From contig ML992503.1 in NCBI GenBank assembly GCA_010093995.1, forward strand, positions 549,234-613,233: a DNA stretch of 64,000 bases. Direction: 5' to 3'. Source of the stretch: Elsinoe ampelina (Eukaryota). The notes below the pieces were generated by a model. The model had not been told where the DNA came from, ran no database searches, and saw only the letters and a program-made list of their open reading frames with translations. Shown piece by piece: positions 22,954 through 35,378 of the stretch (position 1 is its first letter; every line of letters begins with the position of its first letter). Made by a program: the position numbers and the translations under genes.

Positions 22954-25900
22954 AGGTGGTTTTAGCAGCTGCACAGTCTGTGCAGCCAGAGTCGATCACT
23001 CCTCCTTCTGGCGAGATAGCGTGAATCCAGCCTTCACTGTCGATTGGCCGTCGATAGACCGTTGATGACGGCGTTAAGACGATAAATAGCACTGTCGAAC
23101 TGTAAATCTGGCTACAGAGTTAGTGCAGCTAGCTACACTAACTCTATAGCTGTCGGAAGAGGTATAGCGCGTGCTAAAGAGACTAGAGGCTAGAGATAGT
23201 AGAAGACTATCTAGATGACCTTTTATCTAGAGGCTAGCGTCATCGAATATTTACTATTATACCTTTTCTAATAGACGTAAAATAGAGTACTTATAGTAGC
23301 ACTAATATCTAGCTAGATACTAGCAACTATAGACGCTATATTTGTAGCTATTATTATAGCCTCTACTATCTCCTTATTATAGTAGATATAGTATACAATT
23401 GTTATAGCTACTACCTCTCTAGCCTTAACCTTAAGCCTTATAGTTAATCGACTAGATAGTACTAGCCTTACTAGTGCCTTCTTTAATATAGCCTCCTCCG
23501 TAGCTAATGCTATTACTAGCTATACTAACTACTTAACCTACTACGCTACTAGTTATAGCCTCGAGTTTGCGTGCTTCGCTAGTAGCGCGCCGGGATTTAG
23601 CCGAGGTAGTAGACTTAGTAGAGTTAGCGGAAGAGGAAGAGCTAGAGGAGAAGAAGAATACTAAGGCTAATAAGAAAGAGAAGAAGGTTATAGTTGTCTC
23701 GAAGAAGTAGAAGTAGCTAGTAAAGAAGAAGCTACTAAAGAAGAAGTAGAAGACAATAGCTATAGCTAAGAGTAGTACTAAGCCGAGCACTTACTAGTTA
23801 GATTCGCATAAGAGAATAATCTTAGTAATAGCTTAAGAGATTAGACTAGCACTTATAAAGAGTAAGCTTCTTATAGCTTAGTTTAAGAAGCTAAGGTCGA
23901 ACTAGAAGTAGAAGACTAGTAAGAATTATACTTACCTAACTCGCATGTTTAAAGGCTAGATTAAGGCTCGGCGTAAGGAGTAGATATAGTACTATTATAA
24001 TAATCTAAGTAGATTAAAGAACATAACGGATTTAAAGCTATAGATAGACTTCTTTATTAAGGAGGTATAGGAGTCTTATAAGTAAAGGCTAAAGGGTATA
24101 GATAAGAAAGATACTAAGGCTAAGGCGACTTACCTTAATCGCTAGTTAATATCTCTTTCTACTTACTAAGGCCTACACTAGAGTAAGAATAATTAGTTAG
24201 ATAAGAAGAAGAAGAGAGAGAAGAAGAAGGTTAAGGAGACTAAGGCTAGTACTAATGCTACTACTATCGCCGCCGCTATAGTACTAACTCCGCTAGAGAT
24301 AGAGTATAGTAGTATTAGTCGTAATAGCTCGGCGAGCACTACTAGAGGTAGAAGTAGATCTCGAGATGTTCGTTAGTATAGTAGTTAGTATAAGATAGAG
24401 TTAAATACTAACTACAAACTTATAGCGTACATCGCTAAGAAGCGTACTACTTTAGCTATAGCTAGGGGGTAAGATAGAGAGCTATCTAGCTTACGTAGTA
24501 TTATTAAATAGCTAGTAAAGTAAGTTAAGTGCTAGTATAAATTATAGACTACTCTTTTATATACGTTTATAGAGCGTAAAGAAAGAGGTAAGGTTTTTAA
24601 AGAAGGTAGTTTTAATAGATAGAGAATTTAAGCTATCTTAGTAGTTAAATAGCCTCGCTTATACCCGCGCCTAATTCGGCTATTATATAGATCTATCTCG
24701 TAATCTAGTTCGCGGTAGGTGAAGCTAATAGAGGCTATATTTTAAGGGCTAATATATCTACCTTACGTAGAGGTTACTAGTACAATATATATATTAAATA
24801 ATAGAAGCAATAAAGCTAAATTAATTAATATAGAAATTGATATATAAATATATATATAGAAGGTAAAGTCATCTACGGCCGCTACCTTCTTAGTCTTATA
24901 TAACCTAGTTATAAAAACCTTAGGCTTAGTACTAACCTTAGTAAAATTATTCCTTAACCTTAACCTCTATAAATTCTTTAACCTATAAATATTTCTCTAC
25001 TAATAGTAGATCGTAGTTAAATTGTAGCGATATTAAGTTATATCTCTTTATATAGGTATATATATTAGTAAGTAGTATAGCGACTTAATATATCGAACTA
25101 ACTAGTTACTTACCTTTATAGAGGCCTTTATTAAAAGCTATATATATCTAGTTCTATTAAACTTCACTAAAGCTGTTCTTAATAGCTATATAGAGCAACG
25201 ATATTACATAGTTAAAATCTAGCTTGTTCTTGCCGAGAAATTGCTAGCTATGCTAATAACTATAAGGGGATATAACTAAGGCGCTAAGGTAATAGATAGC
25301 GTTACTATAGAGGTATAAGTGTTTACCTCTAGGAAGATATCTAGTATTAATATAGTATAGCTTTTCCTTTATAACTAAGTAATTCTATATAGTCTAGTTG
25401 TTCTTCTTACTAATAAAAGAACTAACTAGCGAACTAACTAATCTGTTAGGTATTACTACCCCTTAGAACTTAAGGCCGTAGCTGCTATAATAGCTACTAT
25501 ATACCTCCTACTAGTTTAGTGTTAGCTACTAGAAGCCTCGGAAGGTGCTATTAATAAATCTCTATACCTAAGAGTAGCTACTAGCGTCTTTAATAGCTTT
25601 AGCAAATTCCTTAATTAAGCCTTAATTATTAAGCTATAGGTGCTATACTATTCTATCGCGGAAGAGCTTATCTATATAGTAAATAACATTAGTAAAGATA
25701 CTTAATAAATAGCCTTAGCATTAACTAAAGGTGTTATAGATATTAGTCTATTAGTTTAGAAAGGTAAGTTAATATAAGGTAAGAGTTATTACTAGCTCTA
25801 GTAACAGCCGATTATAGTTGCTAAATATAATATTATCTATCTAGAGGAGCTTAATAAGGCGAGGGATCTAGTCTCTCTTAAACCTTATATTATTATAGAA

Positions 25901-26309
25901 GGTAGCTTTAAACTACATCTCTAAGCTCTAGTCAAATTAGTGGTATAGATAAGGCTTATAGTATCGATATCTAATTAGCCTCTTCTTCTTGTCACCTCGG
26001 CGCCGAGGCTGCCGCTGCTATTAGCAGCGGCAGCGGCGACGGAGATATAGCTAGAGGAGAAGCAATTTGTCGAATTCTTTATCTTTATCTTCATCTATAA
26101 CGGCAGCACTAATACCTTTTTAGACGAATTAAGGCTCTATACCAACGACCAGCTATCACGACGGTGGCAATATCAAATTTTGGCCAAGGCCGCCCAGAAG
26201 GTACGTCGGCCGCTAGCTATTTTGGTGAGGCTAAAGTATGTTCGAGGCGGCCGCTAAAAACGCCCGCTGATCCTCTGCTGCAGAGACTGTGCAGCTGCTA
26301 AAACCACCT
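22954..26309 (-). mobile_element. PIF/Harbinger-type DNA transposon B, RIP-inactivated; transposase on - (~26098-24869), convergent second ORF on + (~23560-24550)
   Basis: ~40-bp TIRs AGGTGGTTTTAGCAGCTGCACAGTCT / AGACTGTGCAGCTGCTAAAACCACCT flanked by ATT on both sides (22951-22953, 26310-26312; a TA TSD reading is also possible). De-RIPed LYLYGDA.Y, FN..MS.LRIAVENSFGEV, VAVLLTNIHTC. Confidence 0.85.
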
Positions 26310-28395
26310 ATTGAGCTGCCTCGTAGGGCTGAAGGGAGCCAATGACGGGGACGGGAATCGCGCGGCCGCGTCGGAGACAATTGGAAGAGTAAAGTCCGAG
26401 GGGGACCTAGCTGAAAGATGGGAAGGGGGTGGTGAGGTCATGCTTTTTTTTGTTGCCTAGACACGGGGGTTGGGAAGGGCCGAGAGAGGCTTGACGTGGC
26501 AGCGGTAGGGGGTTGATTGCCTGAGATTTGAAGATCGAGATGGGTTGTTGGGAGGCAGGCAGAGCTGGATGTTGTTTATCAGGCTTGCGTCGAGGCATCA
26601 TTGTACTGTTTGCGCAGGTTGCAGGCAGGTTGCCTGGCCGCAGCGCTCGCATATGCATGCTTGTCCTGCGAGAGGAGGGCCGGTACGCGTACTGCACTAC
26701 TCCACTGCTGTGCGAATCACAAATCTGCAGGGAATAAAGACGTGGTTGTCATGTCAAACACTTCCCTGTTGCTCGGCGCGGTCACGCTTCGATGATTTCA
26801 TCTGCATTCCCTCGACCTGTGGACCCAGGGTCCTGATCCCGGCTTGCCGAGCGAGGAAAGTGTTTGTGCATCCCAGTCGATGATGCATGACCATCTTATC
26901 AAGATCTCGGAGCCAAGGTTATACTCGTCGTTGATCGTCGGCGGTGGGAGAGCATGTTCGCCGAGCTTGCTGGGGCAGGAATGGTCTGGACTAGGTGGTG
27001 GTGTCATTGATGATTCTTCCACTGGTGTCACTGATGGCGACAGGTCGTTGTTGTTGACATGCTCAATCCTACAGCACCACTACGCCGATCTTGAACCGCG
27101 TTTTGGATCAACTTTCCAGAAGACTACCAGAAGCATCATCATGCACGTCCTACCCTCGGAAAATTGCACAAACCTTGTGTTTGTGCGCGAGCGCGCCCTC
27201 GTGTCCCTCGACCCACGGTTCGCTGCACCCACGGCGGCACTTTCACATGTCCAGACGCTCCTCGGCTACAAAGCGTGTATGAGAGAAAATTTATGCACAA
27301 ACCCCGGAGCACCCTCGCATATGGTGCCAGACTGGCGGGTGTGGACGGGTCGGAGATCTCGGAATCGGAGCGCAAGGGAACATTGCCATAGCACGTGAGG
27401 GATGAGGTGGGTGTTCGTGACATTGTGAGTAACGCGAGCGACCGGGTAGAAAGGGAGTCGGTGGGCATCTAGTAAGTGGCTGTCAAGCAAGATGTGGTAA
27501 GCATCCTGTCATGCTTCTGACCGGATGGTCCTTGGACAGGCTCACCTGATCCACCATCTAGAAGAGTAGTCACTACCTAGTGCGGAAATAGACGGCAACA
27601 GTTCAGGCACGACTGTACACCACGGGCTACACCAACAAGTCCCCGCGAACCGCATCTCTCACGCTGCATTACAAGCAGTCATATCACCAACGCCATTTTC
27701 GGCGCCCCCCATTACATCCGAGTAGCACCGACATGATCAACCACCGACGTGGTTTCTCACGGTTCCTTCTCCCTCGCCGACTTGCTTACCGCGCCTATAC
27801 TGGACCCGTGCAGTGAGACTGTGCCGTTAGCAGGTGTCCATTTCCTTGAAGAAGGTGCAGAACGGTGAAAAACGTCCCCTGCTATCCATAGTTCGTCTTC
27901 GATCCGTAAAGGTAGGAAGGAGATGGTCTGTCCGAGGCATAGCATGAATGACTAGATTCTGCTAGCACGCAGCCAGGACACAGCATGCATCAAATCAGAC
28001 GGGCATCGCAGGCGCTTGAATCGTAACATGCTCGTTAATATACTCAATAAGATATTCAGGGTATATACCCCTCCCGTCCTCGGCCCATTCCCTAGACCCT
28101 ATCGCCCTGACCATGGGTGGTTCAGCCTTTCCTTGATGCGCCATCCATTGCGCCCTTTTTGAGTCAATATATACAAATACAAGCCCCATCCCTACGTGCC
28201 CTGCTTTGTACAATGTGTGCAGCTGACTCGGCTCGCTGATATGTGATGGAGGAAGGAGATGTGTGTCGTGTTTCGTGATGGACGATTGGTGGTGATGACA
28301 GGTTCGTGGAGGGAACCATCTCATCGTGGTTCATGCCCTTTCCGGTGAGACCACTGCGGTGTGATGATTGTGGCTGCGTGTGGTGGAGTAGGCGT

Positions 28396-30415
28396 TTACT
28401 GCTTGTCCTTAGTCGGTGTCGTAGCTGACTGCTCGGCGCCAGTCTTCGTCGGACGAGTCTGTGCCGGATCGCTTTGTGTCGCGGCAGCCTGCGCCGTCCC
28501 AGATTGGGGTGTGGCAGGACGTGATGCTCCATGCTGCGCCGTGCTCGCCTCCTGCTCAGTCCTGGTATCGACAGCAGCAGTCGTATCCAGCGCCGCTTCA
28601 GCCTCTACGCTGCGCTCCCCAGCCGACGCGTTCTGCACCGTCGCATTCTGAACCTGAACCATCTCCTGCCTCGCCCCATCAACACCTCCCACCTGCGCAT
28701 CCCCTCCCTGTTGCGCCGTCTGCGCCACCCCACTTCCCTGCGCCGCCGTGACTCCCGCGTCCCTCCCTTCCCTCCTCGTCCTGATCCCAAACACCCTACT
28801 GAACCTGTTCCTCCTGTCCCGTTCCTGCGCACCGAGATCTACACTCCCTCCCCTGTCCCCATGCATGGCCGCCACTCCACTTCTGCTGCCCCTAGCTTCA
28901 TCCCTCCACCTCCTCAACATGTCCGAGATCTCCTGGCTATGCCCTTCATGTTCACCGAAAACTCCGCCGAAGAAGCTACGTCGGGCAGGCATGCGGTAGG
29001 TGCGCTCTAGTTCTCTGCCCTGACCTACTTGGCCTGGAGTAGGTGAAGCCATCTCTAGTGGTGGAGGAAGTTGGCCATCGGCTTCACCTTGTCCTTCTGT
29101 ACCGTCACGATTGCTGTCTTGGCTGTTGCGTCGCAAGTCGATGCGGCAGAGTGGACAGGTTCCGGAGACGTTCAGTAGCCAAGGGTCGACACAGGCGGGG
29201 TGGAACTTGTGATCGCAAGGGAGGACGCGGAGATCTTGACCATCTTCAAAGTCTTCTGTGCAGATGCTACAGCCGGGGTGAGGGACAAGGCCGAGGCCTG
29301 TGGTGGCGTTGGGATTACTGGCGTGAGCGTCGACGGCAGGACCGATGCCAGAGCGGATAGAGGCGGTGTCCTCAGTAGTTCGTGCGACAGGCGTGGTGGT
29401 CGCTGTGTTGGCTGCCGGGGTGATGCCGTCCTTGAGCGTGGGCTCGGAGTCAGAACGAAGAGTCCTGTTGGTTTCGCCTAGCTCAGCGTCACGTGAGGTT
29501 TGGTCTGGCTTCGGACTATCCGGGTCGGAGAACTTGACGATGGGAAGACTGTCGAGCATAGCTCTAGCGAGACCTCGAGCGCGCGTCTGTCGTGGTCGTC
29601 CCATGATGTTCCGTGGACCATACCTCTCCGGATGTCTGTGGGCTCGGATGGCGCCGGTTGTGATGATCACGAGGAATAGTGCTGTAACAACGCCAGTAAC
29701 GGTGTAGAGGATGATCATGGCGACTTGGGTATTCATGTTCTGGCTCCGTTGAGGGGGTGGGGTCTGCTGCTGTATGACAGCTCCGGGGGTGGTGAGGTTT
29801 CCGAAAGCGTTATAGTCAATGACTATGGGTGATCTGCCGACAGATGCCAGGACTGGAGATGGCGCTGACCTTTCGTCTGACTGAATTCTTTGACTATCCG
29901 CTGGAGACAATAGTGTCCAGACCCGATCGTATGAGGGAACGCTGGTGTCGGGTCCGATAATGTCACATGACGGGGCGATGTTCGAGTATAGAATGACAGC
30001 GGCAGCATTTCTCTGCACCGCCATGATATAGACCATGGCGGGTCCCACATTGCCAGGTCTGGGATAGTCCTCTGGGTCGCATGATATGAATGCGACGCTG
30101 CTGCCATTGATGATGTTGGTATTCGAGGTGGCGCCGTAGGATGTGAGAAGTGAGACCTAGCCTTTGTTAGTGTTTTGGCTCTTCAGTCATGGTAAATCTG
30201 AGAGGACTCACTTGTGTGTTACTGGCGCCGCCTTCTAGTGATCGCTGTCCACCGAGCGCGTAGAGACTAGCCGAGGCATTGGAATTTGGTCCCGCCGTCC
30301 ATGAGAGTGACCAGTCGCCGGCGGTCAAGTTGCGTTGTGACTGCTGAACCTCGAATTGTGCAAGTGCGCCTCCGACAAATGATAGCAGTGATAGGAGCGA
30401 CAGTAGAACGACCAT
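28396..30415 (-). CDS. Type I membrane RING-H2 E3 ubiquitin ligase (signal peptide, lumenal domain, TM, RING); exons 30415-30212, 30156-28396
   Basis: Signal peptide [63 protein letters not shown]2 CSICTEDF...[26 protein letters not shown]. The GT-AG intron joins in frame. Confidence 0.9.
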
Positions 30416-31159
30416 GATGAATGCTGTGTGACCTTGGGCGTTGCGATAACGGCGGCAACGGGGCTATCGGCGAAGAAGGACGATCACAGTATCATCGTTA
30501 CGCGACGTGAGTTTTGTGTCGCATATATTCGCTGTGAGATGGTAAGCAAGCTGACCACGATTTGGAATGTCGAGCGATGCAGCAGCAGGCGCAGTGAGCG
30601 GCAGACAAGTGTGAATTGTCAGGATAGAAGCGAGTGTGGCGGTGTCATGATGGTGGAGGGGTCTCTTTCGCTGGTGAAATCGTGCCTTGGCCTTCCCGCC
30701 GCCTGCCGCGCCCGATTCATGGTCCATTTTTTTCCAAGACACTGGGCCGGGGACTGCACCACAAAGAAACACTCACCGGAGATCTTGAGAATGGTTGTGT
30801 TTCACCTTGACAAGCATGTGCCATTACTTCTCTATATATCGGGCCAATCTAACCATGACGAATCACGCAACACATTGGGCAGGGATGCAAACAGGCTTCG
30901 AGCACTGTTAGAAAAAAACAAAGGTGCATGCACGCAGCTATCAATTACACATGCTGCTGCACGCATTGATCAAATGGTATCTGTGCTGCCTGCTCTCAAC
31001 AGTATCATCAAGCATGCTCCGCTGATGGCAACGACAAGAACGCCGCCGCAATGCCTCGTCCCGCCAAGCATCCTTCTCTGTCCTGCTCAATCACTCATGC
31101 TAAGACCATGACGTCTGACATTTACATACAACGTCCCTCATCTTGGCTCCAAGTAGTGC

Positions 31160-34127
31160 TTATTCCGCATTGCACAGGCTTTCCTTCATAAACTTCATCA
31201 GCACAGCAGGAATGGCTTCGTCAGTCGCCCGTATTGTAAGACGGTACATCTGCAACTCATGTCAGCATAATTCCAAATCGTGCCACAATTCCAGCTTCAG
31301 GCAAGCTAGCACCCCACATACCTTGTTGCCCTCATTCGGTTCCAACCTCAGCAGACAACCAAACTTGCTCGTCCCAGTATTGAGCACAGTCGCGCCGACG
31401 AAATTCTTGCTGTTCGGGTCAACACCGTCGAGTACGCCCCATTTGAAGCCCTCGAGTATCCGTCTCGTCCGGGCATTGCTCACGTCACCAGCACTGAAGA
31501 TTTCCTGGGCCTCACGAGGAGCACCTCCAATCTGCTTCCATCGCTTGAAAAAGTCCTCGCTTGTCAATTGTGCACCTTCCATGTATTTGTGCAAGGCGAC
31601 AGGCAGCTGCAATGTCAATGCTTGCAAAGCGCCCGCTAGCCACGACACTCTCATTGTTGGCGGGTGCTCAAATGGCCCTTTGGCCTCGAACATGATCATC
31701 TGCTGTGTTTGTGATCCAGCATGCACGGTGGTGTCTGGCAAGCTCTTTGTGTCGATTCTTAGCGTCTCCGGCGTAGGATTGTCCATCGTCGTTGTGAAGC
31801 TGTTGATGGCGATGCTCGTTCGGTTGGTGTAGTAGACAATCAGGCAGCCTAGCTCCGCACGATACTCTGTCCGCACGCCGATTTGGATCTGAGAATCCTC
31901 GTAAAGGATGCCTGAATCTGACAGGAGCAGACGATCGAATCCCGGTTTCCAGTCTGGTGAAAGATGCGCAGCACTGGCCAAATTGGGCGCTGAACTGCTT
32001 GAGAAATCCAGTCCCGAGAGCTCTTCAACGGGAGACTTTACGTCCCCGTTGGTGTGTCCGTTAGCCTTGACCGCAAGATTACCGTTCAAGCTTGTCTGCA
32101 AAGAGTCCGTGAAGTTTCGCTTGAGGTTACTAGGCCGCGACATGTTCATTTCCTGGTTGTTGGCGTCCTTTCCTCCCACGACCCACGTCAACTTGTCCCC
32201 TGCTGTGGCATGTTTCGAATGCAGTCGTGAAAGTAATGCTGAAGCTCGCTCGGGGAATGGCGGCATTTCGTCGCATACCGTGCGCAGTAGATCGTCTGTC
32301 GGCCTTGTGGCAAGAGCGAGATATTCGCATGCTCGTTGTTGAAGTTCAGGATCGAGGGTATGCGAATAAGTCCGGAATGCTTTAAGAAGCTGGGGCTTAA
32401 TCTCGGGGAACAAGTTAACAAATTTGACGAATGCTGACAAGATCATGGCCCGCGTGTTTGGCGACGAACTGTTGAACTTGCTTTGAAGCGCCAGGAACTG
32501 CTCGATAGGACTACACTTTGGGCTGTCGGCAATCAAATGCCCAAACTCGCCCAGCAGGTAGCTGCCAATCTTAACCAGAGTCTCGTGACAGACATCTGCT
32601 CTAAGGTATGCCAGGATGGTCGATGCGGCATAGACTTGTAGTTCTTCATTGTTCGTGACAATCTGGATAACTCGTTGCCAGACTTCGTCACTCACGTGGT
32701 CGCCTGCCATCGATATAAGACGTAGCGATATGTCGACATACCACTGGATGTCTGTGGCGTACTTCTCGGTGAGGATGGCAATCTTCAAGACCATCTCTTC
32801 TCTAATCGCGTAGTCGGCCGTTTGCAGGTATTTGAGCAGCTCGCCCACGATGGGTCTGGCGTTTGTCGCATCACACATGCTGTATAGCAGATCCAGACCT
32901 TGCCTCCGCACACTGATGTCGCGGTCTCGTAGTGCGCCAATGATGATACTCTGGTGTTTCTTGATGGGATCAAGGGTTTCCGCACGAGCTGCAAGATGCG
33001 TCATAGCTTCGAGACCGAGGTACCTGACGTTTGTCTCTCGAGACTGGATGAACTTGCCAAGCCTTGAGGACATTTGTAACATGAGCTGCTGTTCTGTGTC
33101 GAGGTGTATCGTCAGATTGATAGCTTCGAAGAGGACCGCATTTTGGGCATTGTTCTGCTGAACATTCTTGGGCATTTCCGAGGCATTCTCCATAATCTGC
33201 TGCAAAGAGTCGCGTATGATCTGCCGCACGTGGGAATCTTGTGATGGCGGGAAGTATTGCAGCAACCTGAGCAACTTGACCTGAATCCATGGACAAGGTA
33301 CTTTGTAGTAGAAATAGTCCGAGGGGCATTCGACGTCAATGACAATCTTGCGCAATCTCTGCGCAGCCTTTGTGTAGCAATTCTTGTACTGATCCGGACT
33401 GTCCTGTGCCAATTTCATAACCAGGGATGTGACCGAGAGAGCAACTCCAAAGTCATGGTCGTCCATGATTGAAATAATTCGTTCTGCCCATTCGGCTTGA
33501 ATGATGCTTGGAGCTTTCCGGTAGAGTCGAAGAAGTGTGAGGGCCGCCTTCTTCTTGACGAAAGGTTTCGAGGTCCTGTCGTGCGTCAGTATCCAAGTCC
33601 CAAATCAGTAGCTGCTGAACGTACGGTGAAATAAGCAATCTGTGCACATCCGCTGCCAAAGACTCGCCCATTTCCCGTCCTCCCACATTTGCAATTGCGT
33701 GTAATGCCAGACAGTTGAACAGCTCATTGTTGTCATTCAAATCCTTACGTATGCTGTTGACCACCAGATGCAACAGCTCATGCTGCTCGTGCAAGAATAG
33801 CGTGACAGCCAGGTAGCCAATCTGCTTCTCCGAGTACTTGTTGGCGCTGATAAGATTGACGGCTTCCAGATGTCCAAAATCCACGTTCCAGCCCAGGATG
33901 TATATATACAGTAGTTTACAGACGTATTTCTTCTTGTCGTATCCGCTCAGACTACCGCCCTTGAATTTTTGCCGGATGTTCGCCAATTCCTTGTTGATGC
34001 GCTTCTCTTCCAATTCGCGAGCCCTTGCGTTTCTCAGGTCCGCAATGAAGGATACCAGGCCGCGCATTGTATTCTGGTTGCTGTTGTTTCCCCTCGCGAA
34101 GAGGCCGCCGCTCGCGGTCGCTGCCAT
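31160..34127 (-). CDS. APL3: AP-2 adaptor complex alpha subunit; introns 33624-33576 and 31321-31250
   Basis: [79 protein letters not shown], and appendage domain [18 protein letters not shown]. Confidence 0.96.
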
Positions 34128-34878
34128 GTTGGGCTAAGATGCGAGGTGCTGTCGGATGGTCCGGGACGAGATAGATCGATACAGAGAATAGATGCACGTT
34201 CAATGCAGCGGCCGTCGGCGATCATGCAGCTCCATACATGGGATCATACGGAGCTGCTCGGGTCCAGTCACGTCTCAAGTCCAGATCGTCTAAGGTCGCG
34301 GCGAAATCGCGAGGCAGTGTTTCCAGAATAGCGATCGAACGAGGCAAGATGGTGAGGTTCAGTGGCCCAGCAATCGGGCGAAATTGTCTTGAGACGAACC
34401 AACATGTTCAAGGAGTTGCCCATCTCCAAAATGGACCGTGCACGTCGGTCGGCGTTAGCGGGACATGGCTCCACAAGACCCCACTTGCCATGAGACGATC
34501 TACAACCATAAAGCAGGCTAGCGATCTTCGGAATTCTTGAAGCTTCACCTTTGAAATACCACGCCATGTGGCCGTGTCAGTCGAGCCTCGATCGAGAGCT
34601 GGAGTACGACCATCAATGGTTCTGAGCTTCCGTGGACGTCAGCAGATCTGTCGAATGCTTGACCGACGCCGCTCCTATCACAATGAAGCTCAGACGAATA
34701 CACGGGATCGGCTTCACGCTGACTGTGTGTGAACCGTCTCGGAATGCGGCATTGCTGATCAATTTGGACATTCTCTACTGCAACTATCTACACCGCTCAA
34801 GGTGCATCATCAATCGTCGGGTACTCCGTCCTGGTATCATCACCCTCATCAACGCCGTGAATGCTCAATCGTTCTAGT

Positions 34879-35378
34879 TTACGGCTTGGTGGTGAAGTCA
34901 GTCTCGAGTTCGGAGCTAGCACCCGCCTCAGTACCACTGCAGTTGCAAGAAGCTGTTCCGATGTCAGCTTCGACACACAGCCACTCGCTTATTTTGGTGT
35001 ACTCACATGCTGAGCGTTTGCCGCAGGCACAGGTAGAGCCGGATGGCTTTGAGTTCTCGGTGCTGGCACGGGAGCAGGTGCATTCGCCAGCGGCGCGCAT
35101 GTCTGTATGATTGTCAATTACATTCTCAACGGATCGAGTTGATGGTTACTTACTGCATGAGCAACGGGCTCCGTCAATCTTGTTCTCGGTGTGGGCCTTC
35201 TCGCAGTTGCAGTGCATGGCAGCCTGCTTGCCACAGGAGCACTTGGCTTCGGCAGCGCAGATGCAGCCACCTTCACGACCGCAGCATGAAGCTATGTCAA
35301 GGTCAATGGAATGCTGAGGTAGATAGACAGCATGGTCGGCTATGACGTACCTGGGACAGCAGCGGTGGGTGCAGACAT
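34879..35378 (-). CDS. Cys-rich metallothionein-like copper resistance protein (Crd2/CrdA type), 111 aa; exons 35378-35351, 35291-35154, 35102-35007, 34952-34879
   Basis: Four exons with GT-AG introns splice to MSAPTAAVPASCCGREGGCICAAEAKCSCGKQAAMHCNCEKAHTENKIDGARCSCNMRAAGECTCSRASTENSKPSGSTCACGKRSASSCNCSGTEAGASSELETDFTTKP. Repeated CxC motifs and an ETDFTTK end. Confidence 0.85.

Noticed and set aside
23533..23790. Hydrophobic 85-aa minus-strand ORF resembling a membrane or secreted peptide
   Set aside because: It is the antisense shadow of the Lys/Glu-rich RIPed Harbinger ORF.
26400..28350. Several 60-184 aa ORFs between Harbinger B and the RING gene
   Set aside because: No recognisable motif, consistent codon pattern or convincing splice structure; a lineage-specific gene cannot be excluded.
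30428..31111. 227-aa plus-strand ORF between the RING gene and AP-2 alpha
   Set aside because: Non-ATG start, overlaps the RING promoter and AP-2 3' region, and has no protein-like features.
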